Of a stretch of DNA of 64,000 bases, positions 50,015 to 59,015 are shown piece by piece. Origin of the DNA: Candidatus Saccharimonadia bacterium (lineage in GTDB: Bacteria > Patescibacteriota > Saccharimonadia > Saccharimonadales > JALRHH01); NCBI GenBank assembly GCA_023253175.1, contig JALRHH010000001.1, positions 24,130 through 88,129 on the forward strand, in the 5' to 3' direction. The translations under genes were made by a program, and so were the position numbers. Within the stretch, counting starts at the first letter, position 1. Every line of letters starts with the position of its first letter. The notes beneath the pieces are model-generated. The model was not told the origin of the DNA. It saw nothing but the letters and a program-made list of their open reading frames with translations, and made no database searches.

Positions 50015-50875
50015 TTATGGCGTCCACGCATTCAATCCTAGCGTTGTACAGAGGGCGGGCAGCATAAGAAGCGATATGAAAAATACCTTTCGTGACCAAG
50101 CAGTATTCTCCTCTGTCCATAAGCCGCTCACCGTAACAATGAGCCACCAAAGTGAAAGTGGCATCATGCAGGCCAGGTAAAACATCCCTGCGTACCCAAA
50201 GCGAGCAAGTGCCACGATCGCGAGCACGTAGCAGCCAACAAATATACTCATGAGTATTTTCGTGGTAAATATGGTACTTACAACCGTTATTACGGGTACT
50301 TTCGCTGCTTTATATTCTTTCTGTCTAAAAATTGCGATAGCGTAAAAATGTACCATCTGCCAGAAGACCATGATCGTAGCTAGCGCCCAAAATGATACGT
50401 CAACCCTGTTGGTCGCCGCGGCGTATCCAGCAAGTAGTGGCGTAGCACCGGGGATGGTACCAAGCAAGGTCGCATAGACCGTTCTAGATTTGGCATAGGT
50501 ATATATCCCTGCGTACGTGGTGACGCCTATGACGCCTAATGCCACTGTTAAGACATTGGTCATAGCCGTAAGTATAGATATCCCTGCTATAAAGAGTACG
50601 AGTGCATAGATAAGGGCGTTTTGAGGCGTGACTGATCCTGTGACGAGTGCGCGTTTTTTGGTGCGCTTCATATGTTTGTCCATGTTGCGGTCAAGAACAT
50701 TATTAATAACGGTACCGCTTGCCATAACGAGCCAGCTGCCAAGAACGACACCAATGAGCTGATCAAATTCAGGCTGCAAAATAGCACCATACAGGTAGCC
50801 TGCAATGACGGTGAGTAGATTGCCATAAATCAATCCCGGTTTTGTGAGGTAATAATACGTTTTAATCAGATTCAT
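50015..50875 (-). CDS. cyoE: Protoheme IX farnesyltransferase (heme O synthase)
   Basis: UbiA-family polytopic protein with Asp-rich motifs NNVLDRNMDKHMKRTKKRALVTG and a YT..K segment. Transcribed divergently from cyoABCD. Confidence 0.85.
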   Translation of the reverse strand: MNLIKTYYYLTKPGLIYGNLLTVIAGYLYGAILQPEFDQLIGVVLGSWLVMASGTVINNVLDRNMDKHMKRTKKRALVTGSVTPQNALIYALVLFIAGISILTAMTNVLTVALGVIGVTTYAGIYTYAKSRTVYATLLGTIPGATPLLAGYAAATNRVDVSFWALATIMVFWQMVHFYAIAIFRQKEYKAAKVPVITVVSTIFTTKILMSIFVGCYVLAIVALARFGYAGMFYLACMMPLSLWWLIVTVSGLWTEENTAWSRKVFFISLLMLPALCTTLGLNAWTP

Positions 50876-50974
50876 TTCTGACCAAGTATAGCATTATTAT
50901 CGGTAGACTTAGGGCTGTTCTGTGCTATAGTTATTGCCAAGATTACGCTTATGTTCTAATGGAGTTAGGGGTAC

Positions 50975-51904
50975 ATGCCGAAACCAAATAAAAAGAGAAA
51001 TAGACAGGGACGACTAGTCTGGCTGATGCCACTCTTGTTTCTCGGTTTTGGGCTCGTTATTGCGTACTTCATACACGATAAGAATATTGCCGTATTCCAT
51101 CCAAAAGGATTGATTGCGCAGGAGCAGCTTCATTTGACATTATTCGCAGGAGCACTATTATTGGCTGCTGCTGTCCCGACCATGTTTTTGCTGTATTTCA
51201 CGGCCTGGAAATACAGAGAATCAAATACTAAGGCGGTGCATGATCCGTACGTCAGGCTCAGCAAGTCTTTTGTATGGACGATGTGGGTGGTGCCGTTTAT
51301 ATTTGCGCTCATATTGGCCGGGGTTATGTGGCCTGCAACGCATAGACTGGAACCCAAAAAGAAGATTGCTGCTGACGCAAAACCAATGACCATACAGGTT
51401 ATTGCGATGCGCTGGAAGTGGATATTCTTGTACCCCGAACAAAATATTGCGACGGTTAATTTCGTGCAACTGCCAGTAGACACTCCCGTAACGTTTGAGC
51501 TAACGGGAGACGAGGTGCCAATGAGTTCATTCTGGATCCCGAATCTGGGCGGACAGCTTTATGCGATGACAAGCCATGTTAATACCTTGAATCTTATGGC
51601 AGAAGTACCAGGGGATTATCCTGGAGCGACGGCCGAGATTAACGGTCCTGGGTTTGCCGGTATGAGATTTACCGCCCGGGCTAGTTCGGCGGCTGATTTC
51701 GATCGGTGGGTTAGCGAAACAAAGCAAGCGAATCACAAACTCGATGCGGAAAGCTATGCCAATCTACTCAAACCAAGTGAAAGTAATCCAGCTGCGTACT
51801 ATTCCGCTTATGATACCGATTTGTATGGTAAGGTAATTATGAAGTATATGGGCTCACATGCAGCACATGATAATCAAATAGAAACTAATCACGAGCAACA
51901 TTAA
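50975..51904 (+). CDS. cyoA: Cytochrome bo3 ubiquinol oxidase subunit II
   Basis: Two N-terminal TM helices and a cupredoxin-like periplasmic domain lacking CuA ligands (quinol-oxidase type), e.g. FWIPNLGGQLYAMTSHVNTLNL. Confidence 0.85.
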   Translation: MPKPNKKRNRQGRLVWLMPLLFLGFGLVIAYFIHDKNIAVFHPKGLIAQEQLHLTLFAGALLLAAAVPTMFLLYFTAWKYRESNTKAVHDPYVRLSKSFVWTMWVVPFIFALILAGVMWPATHRLEPKKKIAADAKPMTIQVIAMRWKWIFLYPEQNIATVNFVQLPVDTPVTFELTGDEVPMSSFWIPNLGGQLYAMTSHVNTLNLMAEVPGDYPGATAEINGPGFAGMRFTARASSAADFDRWVSETKQANHKLDAESYANLLKPSESNPAAYYSAYDTDLYGKVIMKYMGSHAAHDNQIETNHEQH

Positions 51905-54000
51905 TGAGAGAATTTCTACTCGGAAAACTAGATGGCCATGCACTACCACACGAGTGGTTTACGATCGCTGGATCAATAGCTTTCATTGCTATGATGCTTG
52001 CCACTATCTTGGTGATTACGCGCCTTAAGAAATGGAAGTGGCTTTGGAGTGAATGGCTGACCTCCGTCGATCCAAAAAAGATCGGTATTATGTACTTTAT
52101 TGCCGGTGGTTTCATGCTGGCACGTGGTGGTCTGGATGCAGTTATGATTTGGCTTCAGCAGGCGTTTTCTTCTGGTGATTCTCATGGTTATCTTTCTGCC
52201 GATCATTTCCAGCAGGTATTCACGGCGCACGGTAATATCATGGTCTTCTTTGTGGCTATGGCGTTTATTTTTGGGCTTATTAACTATATCGTACCTCTGC
52301 AGATTGGCGCGCGTGACCTGGCATCGCCGTTTCTCAATACCCTAGGATTCTGGCTATATATTGCCGGTGTGGTAATGGTGAATATGTTCTTCTTGCTGGG
52401 CGGGGAATACGCGGCGACCGGCTGGCTTGCGGTTGCACCACTTTCTGGACCAGAGTTCAGCACGGGGGTAGGGGTCGACTACTGGATCTGGAGTTTGCAA
52501 ATATCTGGAATAGGTACGACCCTTGGGGCGATTAATTTTATCATGACCATTCTTCGTATGCGTGCCCCTGGTATGTCGCTCTGGAAGATGCCACCTTTCA
52601 CATGGGGATCTCTGTGTAGCATGGTAATGGCTGTAACAGTATTCCCGCTCCTGACAGCAACATTGTTCCTCATGTTCTTCGACAGGTATTTTGGAACACA
52701 CTTCTTTACGACAACAGGCGGCGGTGATCCGATGATGTATACCAACCTAATATGGATGTGGGGACACCCAGAGGTGTATATCCTGATGCTACCGGCTTTT
52801 GGTGTGTTTACGGAAGTTGTCTCAACCTTTAGCCGAAAGGCGGTTGCATTCTATAAGACCAATGTCATTGGTATGATTGGTGTGTCGTCGTTTGCGCTTT
52901 CCGTGTGGCTGCACCACTTCTTTACAATGGGAGCAAGTGCGAACGTGAATGCATTCTTTGGGGTAATGACAATATTCATTGCTATACCGACTGCTGTGGT
53001 GTTCTTTACCTGGATCGCGACTATGTATAAAGGCCGTATAAAGTTTGATACACCTATGCTCTGGTTCCTTGGCTTTGTTGCTATCTTTACGATTGGTGGT
53101 CTATCGGGTGTAATCTTAGGTATTCCACCGGCTGACTTCCAGCTGCACAACAGTCTATTCTTAGTCGCGCATTTTCATTCTAACGTCATCGGCGGTGTGC
53201 TATTCGGTATCTTCTGTGGTATAACATATTGGTTTCCGAAGTTTACTGGTATCAAACTTAATGAACGGATTGGTCGTCAAGCATTCTGGTGCTGGGTGAT
53301 TGGCTTCTGTATGTCATTTATCCCTATGTATATTTTAGGACTGATGGGCGCACCTCGTAGGCTGGATCATTACGATGCTTCAACCGGATGGCAGCCATTG
53401 TTTGTAATGATGCTTATCGGTGGAATCATTATCGCTATTGGATTGGCGCTTCAAATCGCACAGATTATCGCCAGCTTTATTCAAAAGAATCGCTTGCGAG
53501 ACGCGACTGGCGATCCATGGGATGGCCGGACACTGGAATGGTCTGTTGCGTCGCCGCCGCCATTCTATAACTTTACGGTTATACCAAAGGTTAATAGCCG
53601 CGATGCGTTCTGGGATATGAAACAGGCGGGTGATCATAAGCCCGAATATGAAGACATACATATTCCAAAGAACACCGCAGCTGGTATCTATATTTCTATC
53701 TTTGCATTCTTTATTGGCTTCGGCTTCGTATGGCACATTAACTGGCTGGCTGTTGTTTCATTTATCGGTATACTCATCGTCTTTATTGTCCGTGCATTTG
53801 ATGAGCATCCCGAATATACATTGACCGCATCAGAAGTTAAGGAGCTTGAGGCGGCTCGAACTAAGCAGGCGAAAGCAGAGCGACGTCATAACCCCACTAA
53901 TGATCGGGACGAAGATATGGGACTGTGGGAACTGATTAAAGTTATAGTTACGTTTGGCTTTGGCTTGGCCCGAAAAACGCTAACGAGGGGTAAGGCATGA
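51904..54000 (+). CDS. cyoB: Cytochrome bo3 ubiquinol oxidase subunit I (heme-copper oxidase catalytic subunit)
   Basis: Canonical haem/CuB ligand segments (WMWGHPEVYILMLPAFG, WLHHFFTMG, HFHSNVIGGVLFG) in a 698-aa polytopic protein. Confidence 0.95.
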   Translation: MREFLLGKLDGHALPHEWFTIAGSIAFIAMMLATILVITRLKKWKWLWSEWLTSVDPKKIGIMYFIAGGFMLARGGLDAVMIWLQQAFSSGDSHGYLSADHFQQVFTAHGNIMVFFVAMAFIFGLINYIVPLQIGARDLASPFLNTLGFWLYIAGVVMVNMFFLLGGEYAATGWLAVAPLSGPEFSTGVGVDYWIWSLQISGIGTTLGAINFIMTILRMRAPGMSLWKMPPFTWGSLCSMVMAVTVFPLLTATLFLMFFDRYFGTHFFTTTGGGDPMMYTNLIWMWGHPEVYILMLPAFGVFTEVVSTFSRKAVAFYKTNVIGMIGVSSFALSVWLHHFFTMGASANVNAFFGVMTIFIAIPTAVVFFTWIATMYKGRIKFDTPMLWFLGFVAIFTIGGLSGVILGIPPADFQLHNSLFLVAHFHSNVIGGVLFGIFCGITYWFPKFTGIKLNERIGRQAFWCWVIGFCMSFIPMYILGLMGAPRRLDHYDASTGWQPLFVMMLIGGIIIAIGLALQIAQIIASFIQKNRLRDATGDPWDGRTLEWSVASPPPFYNFTVIPKVNSRDAFWDMKQAGDHKPEYEDIHIPKNTAAGIYISIFAFFIGFGFVWHINWLAVVSFIGILIVFIVRAFDEHPEYTLTASEVKELEAARTKQAKAERRHNPTNDRDEDMGLWELIKVIVTFGFGLARKTLTRGKA

Positions 54001-54581
54001 GTCGCCATATAGATCACGAGGCGGAAGCAACAGACAGAGTCATGTTTGGCTTCTGGGTGTATTTGATGACAGACCTTTTGATGTTTGCGATCTTGTTCGC
54101 CGTCTATGCAGTGCTACACGGTAATACATTGGGGGGCGAGACTGGTCGAGATCTCTTTAGCCTGCCGCTTGCACTACAGGAGACGCTTCTTTTGCTAACG
54201 AGTAGCTTTACGTGTGGTATAGCCATGATTGCTGCTAGGCAGCGCAAGAAAGCTCAGACACTGCTCTGGTTTGGTATTACGTTTGCACTTGGGCTGGCAT
54301 TCCTTGGGTTAGAACTGTACGAATTCGCTGAGTTTATTCACGAAGGTCACACGATGCAGACGAATGCTTTCTTGTCCTCTTTCTTTGTGCTGGTAGGGAC
54401 CCATGGACTACATATTACCTCTGGTTTACTGTGGATGGGCGTCACCCTTATATATGTAATGAAGCGGGGCCTTAATGATCATCTGGTTCGTAAGCTCGCG
54501 ATGTTGAGCCTATTCTGGCACTTCCTTGATATTGTCTGGATCTTTATCTTCACAACCGTATACCTGAGGGCATTCGTATGA
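53997..54581 (+). CDS. cyoC: Cytochrome bo3 ubiquinol oxidase subunit III
   Basis: Five TM helices with conserved segments FGFWVYLMTDLLMF and FWHFLDIVWIFIFT. Confidence 0.9.
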   Translation: MSRHIDHEAEATDRVMFGFWVYLMTDLLMFAILFAVYAVLHGNTLGGETGRDLFSLPLALQETLLLLTSSFTCGIAMIAARQRKKAQTLLWFGITFALGLAFLGLELYEFAEFIHEGHTMQTNAFLSSFFVLVGTHGLHITSGLLWMGVTLIYVMKRGLNDHLVRKLAMLSLFWHFLDIVWIFIFTTVYLRAFV

Positions 54582-55270
54582 GCAGGTCATCAGTACATTC
54601 TCCGCATGGGCCAGAAAATGAGCACAAGACTATGCAGTCCTATGTCGTTGGATTTATCTTATCCCTGATTTTTACGTTTATCCCATACTACATGGTGGTT
54701 AATGAGGTTGTTTCGGGTACGGCACTGCTGGCAACAATACTGGGTTTTGCGGTGGTGCAAATGATCATCCAGGTTGTGTTCTTCCTGCACCTGGGGCGTG
54801 GACCGAAGCCGTTCTATAACATCGTATTCCTTGTGTTCACGGTCGTGGCAATCCTGGTGGTTGTTGGCGGTTCGGTGGTCATTATGCACAACCTGCACTA
54901 CAACAAGACAATTCCTGATCAGACTAAGTCACTTATAAATGATGAAGGCATCTACCAAATAGAGGGTACACTCACTGGCGCGTGTCGTGGTCAGCATGAC
55001 AATCATCAGGTAACCATTAAGGACGGCAAGGTGAGCCCGCTGTATACAGCTGCTAAACAGTGCGACACATTAACCTTTATTAACGAAGACGATGGCACGA
55101 GGAAGATTTCCTTTGGTCAACACGAAAATCATGGTTCGTACGCCGGTAATACTGAAATTGAGGTTAAAAAGGGCCGCAATAAGACAATAACGCTTTCCGA
55201 GACGGGGGCCTATCAGTTCCATGATCACTTGCATCATGAAACTGCTGGCGTATTCACGGTTACCAAGTAA
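54578..55270 (+). CDS. cyoD: Cytochrome bo3 ubiquinol oxidase subunit IV fused to a ~120-aa C-terminal His/Cys-containing soluble domain
   Basis: Residues 1-~110 form a three-TM CyoD (YVVGFILSLIFTFIPYY...). The extra C-terminal domain contains GACRGQHDNH, CDTL, HENHGSYAG and FHDHLHHETAG. Confidence 0.75.
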   Translation: MSRSSVHSPHGPENEHKTMQSYVVGFILSLIFTFIPYYMVVNEVVSGTALLATILGFAVVQMIIQVVFFLHLGRGPKPFYNIVFLVFTVVAILVVVGGSVVIMHNLHYNKTIPDQTKSLINDEGIYQIEGTLTGACRGQHDNHQVTIKDGKVSPLYTAAKQCDTLTFINEDDGTRKISFGQHENHGSYAGNTEIEVKKGRNKTITLSETGAYQFHDHLHHETAGVFTVTK

Positions 55271-55340
55271 GTATAGTTGGTGAGTTTCCAAGCTTGTCTG
55301 ATTCAGATACAATTGGTGTAAACGTAAGAGAGGATACTGT

Positions 55341-56306
55341 ATGTCGGAACCAGATGCCAATGACGCAATCGTCGTAAAAGGCCTCCGCAAATCATATAAA
55401 AAGCTGGAAGTACTAAAAGACGTAAGTTTTTCGGTAAAACGTGGCACGATGCTAGCGCTGCTTGGGCCAAACGGCGCAGGTAAGTCTACTACCGTGAAGA
55501 TACTTAGTACGCTATTGCCATTTAACGATGGTAGCGTATCGGTTGAGGGATATGACGTTGCGACCGAAGCAGATAAAGTACGGAGCGTTATCGGGCTTAC
55601 GGGCCAGTCTGCTGCAGTTGATGAGCTCCTGACGGGCCGCGAGAATCTTGTTATGATGGGCCGTCTTTACAGGCTCACTAAGGAAAGCGCAAAAGCACGC
55701 GCAGATGAACTGCTCGAAGAGTTTGATCTCGTAAAGGCAGCCGATCGTCCAGCCAAGACATATTCCGGTGGCATGCGTCGCCGCTTGGACTTGGCTGTCA
55801 GTCTCATTGCGGCTCCTCCAATTATTTTTCTGGATGAACCGACTACGGGGCTTGATCCACGTTCACGTATCGCAATGTGGGAGAGTATTCGTCGTCTGAT
55901 GGAGCGCGGCACGACTATCCTACTGACAACGCAGTATCTCGAAGAAGCTGATCAGCTCGCTGATCGAATCATCGTTATCGATAATGGCGGCGTTATTGCA
56001 GAGGGTACTGCCAAAGAGCTCAAGTCAAAGGTAGGCAAGGATCGCCTTGAGCTAACCTTCAAAAATGACAAGACGTTGGCACTCGCGAAAGCTGAGCTTG
56101 GCAAAGCGGCAGCTGAAGTTGATAATGATCACACACTTTCGGTCGTAATTGATGATACGAACAAAGACGTTAAAGATATTTTAGAGAAACTTTCTAAGAA
56201 AAAAATTGCCATCGAGTCACTGGCCGTACATAAGCCAACACTTGATGACGTATTCTTGTCCTTAACTGGCAAGAAAAAGCAGGCAGAGAAGGCAGAGGAG
56301 AAATAA
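55341..56306 (+). CDS. ABC transporter ATP-binding protein (ABC-2/DrrA-type)
   Basis: Walker A GPNGAGKST, signature YSGGMRRRLDLA, Walker [13 protein letters not shown]. Confidence 0.9.
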   Translation: MSEPDANDAIVVKGLRKSYKKLEVLKDVSFSVKRGTMLALLGPNGAGKSTTVKILSTLLPFNDGSVSVEGYDVATEADKVRSVIGLTGQSAAVDELLTGRENLVMMGRLYRLTKESAKARADELLEEFDLVKAADRPAKTYSGGMRRRLDLAVSLIAAPPIIFLDEPTTGLDPRSRIAMWESIRRLMERGTTILLTTQYLEEADQLADRIIVIDNGGVIAEGTAKELKSKVGKDRLELTFKNDKTLALAKAELGKAAAEVDNDHTLSVVIDDTNKDVKDILEKLSKKKIAIESLAVHKPTLDDVFLSLTGKKKQAEKAEEK

Positions 56307-56307
56307 T

Positions 56308-57117
56308 ATGGCAGTTGAATTACAATTTGATAAGAAGCCAAAAATCCTACAATCACTAACTGATTCGCTGTTGATGATCCAGCGGAGTAGTCGACACATT
56401 CTGCGTAATACGGATCAGCTGCTCGGTACATTCTTCCAGCCGATTATGTTCTTAGTACTGTTTTCGGCGGTGTTTGGTGGTGCTATATCATTGGCGTTGC
56501 CTGATGGAATTGGATACCTCGATTTCTTGATGGCCGGCATTATCGTACAGACACTCGCTTTCGGATCAACGACAACCGCAATTGCGGTATCTAATGATCT
56601 GCAGAAGGGGATTGTTGACCGATTCCGTTCATTGCCAATGAGTAATCTAGCGGTTCTCAATGGCCATGTTATATCCGACATCTTCAGAAATGGTATCTCA
56701 ACGGCTGTGATGATCATTACGGGCCTTATTATGGGATTCAGGAGTCATGCGGGCGTAATCGAGTGGCTTTATATCGTTGGCTTACTGCTACTCTTTACAC
56801 TTATGTTCTCATGGCTTGCGGCTATTATGGGCGTGCTCTCAAAGAGTGTCGAGGCGGTGCAGTGGCTGAGCTTTATCATTGTCTTCCCGTTAACTTTTGC
56901 GAGTAGCGCCTTTGTGCCAACCGAGGGTATGAATAAGTTCCTGAAGGCTTTTGCAGAAAACCAGCCCGTAACACATGTTATTGAGGCAATCAGGGCGTTG
57001 ATGCTCGGTACACCTATCGGTAACCATGGTTGGATGGCTGCGGCATGGTGCATTGGTATCCTGATCTTTGCAGTCCCAGTTGCGACGATTCTATTCAAGA
57101 GACGAACCGTCAGCTAG
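56308..57117 (+). CDS. ABC-2 family transporter permease
   Basis: Six-TM ABC-2 permease immediately after (2 nt) the ATPase gene. Confidence 0.8.
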   Translation: MAVELQFDKKPKILQSLTDSLLMIQRSSRHILRNTDQLLGTFFQPIMFLVLFSAVFGGAISLALPDGIGYLDFLMAGIIVQTLAFGSTTTAIAVSNDLQKGIVDRFRSLPMSNLAVLNGHVISDIFRNGISTAVMIITGLIMGFRSHAGVIEWLYIVGLLLLFTLMFSWLAAIMGVLSKSVEAVQWLSFIIVFPLTFASSAFVPTEGMNKFLKAFAENQPVTHVIEAIRALMLGTPIGNHGWMAAAWCIGILIFAVPVATILFKRRTVS

Positions 57118-57157
57118 CTACATGTTGCTTAAAGCAACCTGAAAAATACCTCACAAT

Positions 57158-57196
57158 GAAACACCTAGCTTAAGACTACTTTAAGCTAGGTGTTTC
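57158..57196. promoter_or_regulatory. 16-bp perfect inverted repeat (GAAACACCTAGCTTAA ... TTAAGCTAGGTGTTTC), hairpin terminator or operator
   Basis: Lies between the ABC-2 permease stop and the beta-lactamase-like gene start. Preceded by a second small hairpin, GTTGCTT-A-AAGCAAC, at 57124-57138. No U-tract follows. Confidence 0.4.
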
Positions 57197-57210
57197 AGAA
57201 TGGGCGGCAT

Positions 57211-58071
57211 ATGAAACGATTCATTACCGCCTTAGTTTTACTTGCGAGTATATCCGGAGTTTGCATTCTCAATGGAACGGTACTTAATCCAGAGCAGGCT
57301 CGAAATGCGCAGGTTGCAGAAGCTTCTGATAGCAAGATAATTTCAACAAAAATTGAAAATACACCCCGGTCTACAACGCTCGAAGATTCACTCACTGATA
57401 TCTTGTCGGCCTATAGTGACCTTACTATTGGTATTACGGTTGTCAATATAGACAATGATTATATCTACAATGCTGGCTATAGTGATACTGCTTTTAAGGC
57501 GGCGAGTACGACTAAGGTTCTAACGGCTACGTACCTTATGCATCAAATTGAGGTAGGTGAGCTTAGCTTGCAGACTTCAATTGGCGGTGCCACCGCAGAG
57601 ACACACCTACAGCGGATGCTACAGAACAGTGACAATACCTCTTGGGCTACCTTAATTAACTACCTTGGTGATGACGATATCGAATCGTATGCTCATGAAA
57701 TCGGTATGACAAGTTATGCTGCGGGTGACTACAATACGATTACGACCAGTGATTTTGCGGTGCTGCTCACGAAATTACAAAAGTCGCAGCTAATTAGTGC
57801 TGCCCACCGTGATGTTATCTATGGCTACATGCAAAACACGAACAACGAGACGCTTATCCCGGCCGCACTTTCTACCGCTACTGTATATCACAAGTGGGGT
57901 ATGTTATGGGGTAACCTCCATGATGTGGCGATAATAGAACAAGAGGGTCATACCTATGCAGTGGTGATCTACACGAATTATGAAGGTGATACTGCCGATA
58001 TGAATGCAGCACAAACTACCGCTATACATGAGATTATAGAAACCTTCCAAAACGAAATAGACACCAATTAA
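57211..58071 (+). CDS. Class-A beta-lactamase-like serine hydrolase (secreted)
   Basis: Signal peptide MKRFITALVLLASISGVCIL; SxxK motif STTK; SDN motif (NSDNTSW). The KTG box is replaced by HKWG. Confidence 0.7.
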   Translation: MKRFITALVLLASISGVCILNGTVLNPEQARNAQVAEASDSKIISTKIENTPRSTTLEDSLTDILSAYSDLTIGITVVNIDNDYIYNAGYSDTAFKAASTTKVLTATYLMHQIEVGELSLQTSIGGATAETHLQRMLQNSDNTSWATLINYLGDDDIESYAHEIGMTSYAAGDYNTITTSDFAVLLTKLQKSQLISAAHRDVIYGYMQNTNNETLIPAALSTATVYHKWGMLWGNLHDVAIIEQEGHTYAVVIYTNYEGDTADMNAAQTTAIHEIIETFQNEIDTN

Positions 58072-58102
58072 TGGTGTCTATTTTAGATTCCGGTAGAGGC
58101 TT

Positions 58103-58390
58103 CTACGAATCTTTTTTATTTGACTTTGTAGGCTTCACTTCTGGCGATAGAAGGTCACTCTTTAGGCTTTCGTACTCTTCTTTGTTGATTTCGCCGCGTG
58201 CATAACGCCCCTGTATGACTTCTGATAGTCCAGGCTTGTCGGCTGTATTTTCTTTATTTTTCTTAAGTAATAACAAAACACCTAATATGATTGCAATTAC
58301 GAGCAGGGTAATAATTATTCCTGCTATAAATGCACTTGTTTCATGGTGACTCTCGTATGCTCTTGTTTGATAAGTTGGTTGGCGCATCAT
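58103..58390 (-). CDS. SHOCT-domain membrane protein
   Basis: TM helix plus a C-terminal SHOCT motif (RYARGEINKEEYESLKSDLL). Confidence 0.7.
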   Translation of the reverse strand: MMRQPTYQTRAYESHHETSAFIAGIIITLLVIAIILGVLLLLKKNKENTADKPGLSEVIQGRYARGEINKEEYESLKSDLLSPEVKPTKSNKKDS

Positions 58391-58520
58391 GATAGTTATT
58401 CTCCTTATAATGGGAGTGTGACAGTTTTTCCTGAGAGGTGACTGTATATACGCAAGCTAAGCTTGTTCTCAGCTAGTTTACATAGGATAATGGAATAATA
58501 ACGTAAACCATAAGGGGTGT

Positions 58521-59015
58521 ATGGAACGATCTAGCGAGAATAAAATAAAGGCAGCTGCAGTGATTATTGCTGCAATCGTTCTTATAGCGGTGGCTGCAAG
58601 TATGTTTAGTAAAAAAGAAGATGCGAGTCAGGCTGATTCAGCTACGACGTCACAGCCTTCTGATGATGTAGCTACTTCTTCGGATTCAAGTAGCACTACA
58701 ACCCCTGATTCCTGGAGTGCATTCAAAAACGGTACCTACACGGTTTCGGATACATACTCGAGTCCTGGCGGCATAGAAGATATCAAGGTTACCCTAACGC
58801 TCAACAATAACACTATCACCGATGTTTCGGTTGTGCAGGAAGCTAATAATAACGAATCTGCTGAATATCAGGAGAAATTCCAGGATAGTTATAAGTCAAA
58901 AGTGGTAGGCAAGGCGCTCAGTAGCCTCCAGCTTTCCCGATCTTCTGGCGCTTCTCTGACAACTAATGCATTTAATGATGCGCTCGACCAAATCAGAAGC
59001 CAAGCCAAGGCTTAA
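58521..59015 (+). CDS. Membrane-anchored extracytosolic FMN-binding domain protein (flavinylation substrate)
   Basis: N-terminal TM anchor, an S/T/D-rich linker, then an FMN_bind domain with the predicted ApbE acceptor motif SGAS (LQLSRSSGASLTTNAFNDAL). Confidence 0.7.
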   Translation: MERSSENKIKAAAVIIAAIVLIAVAASMFSKKEDASQADSATTSQPSDDVATSSDSSSTTTPDSWSAFKNGTYTVSDTYSSPGGIEDIKVTLTLNNNTITDVSVVQEANNNESAEYQEKFQDSYKSKVVGKALSSLQLSRSSGASLTTNAFNDALDQIRSQAKA

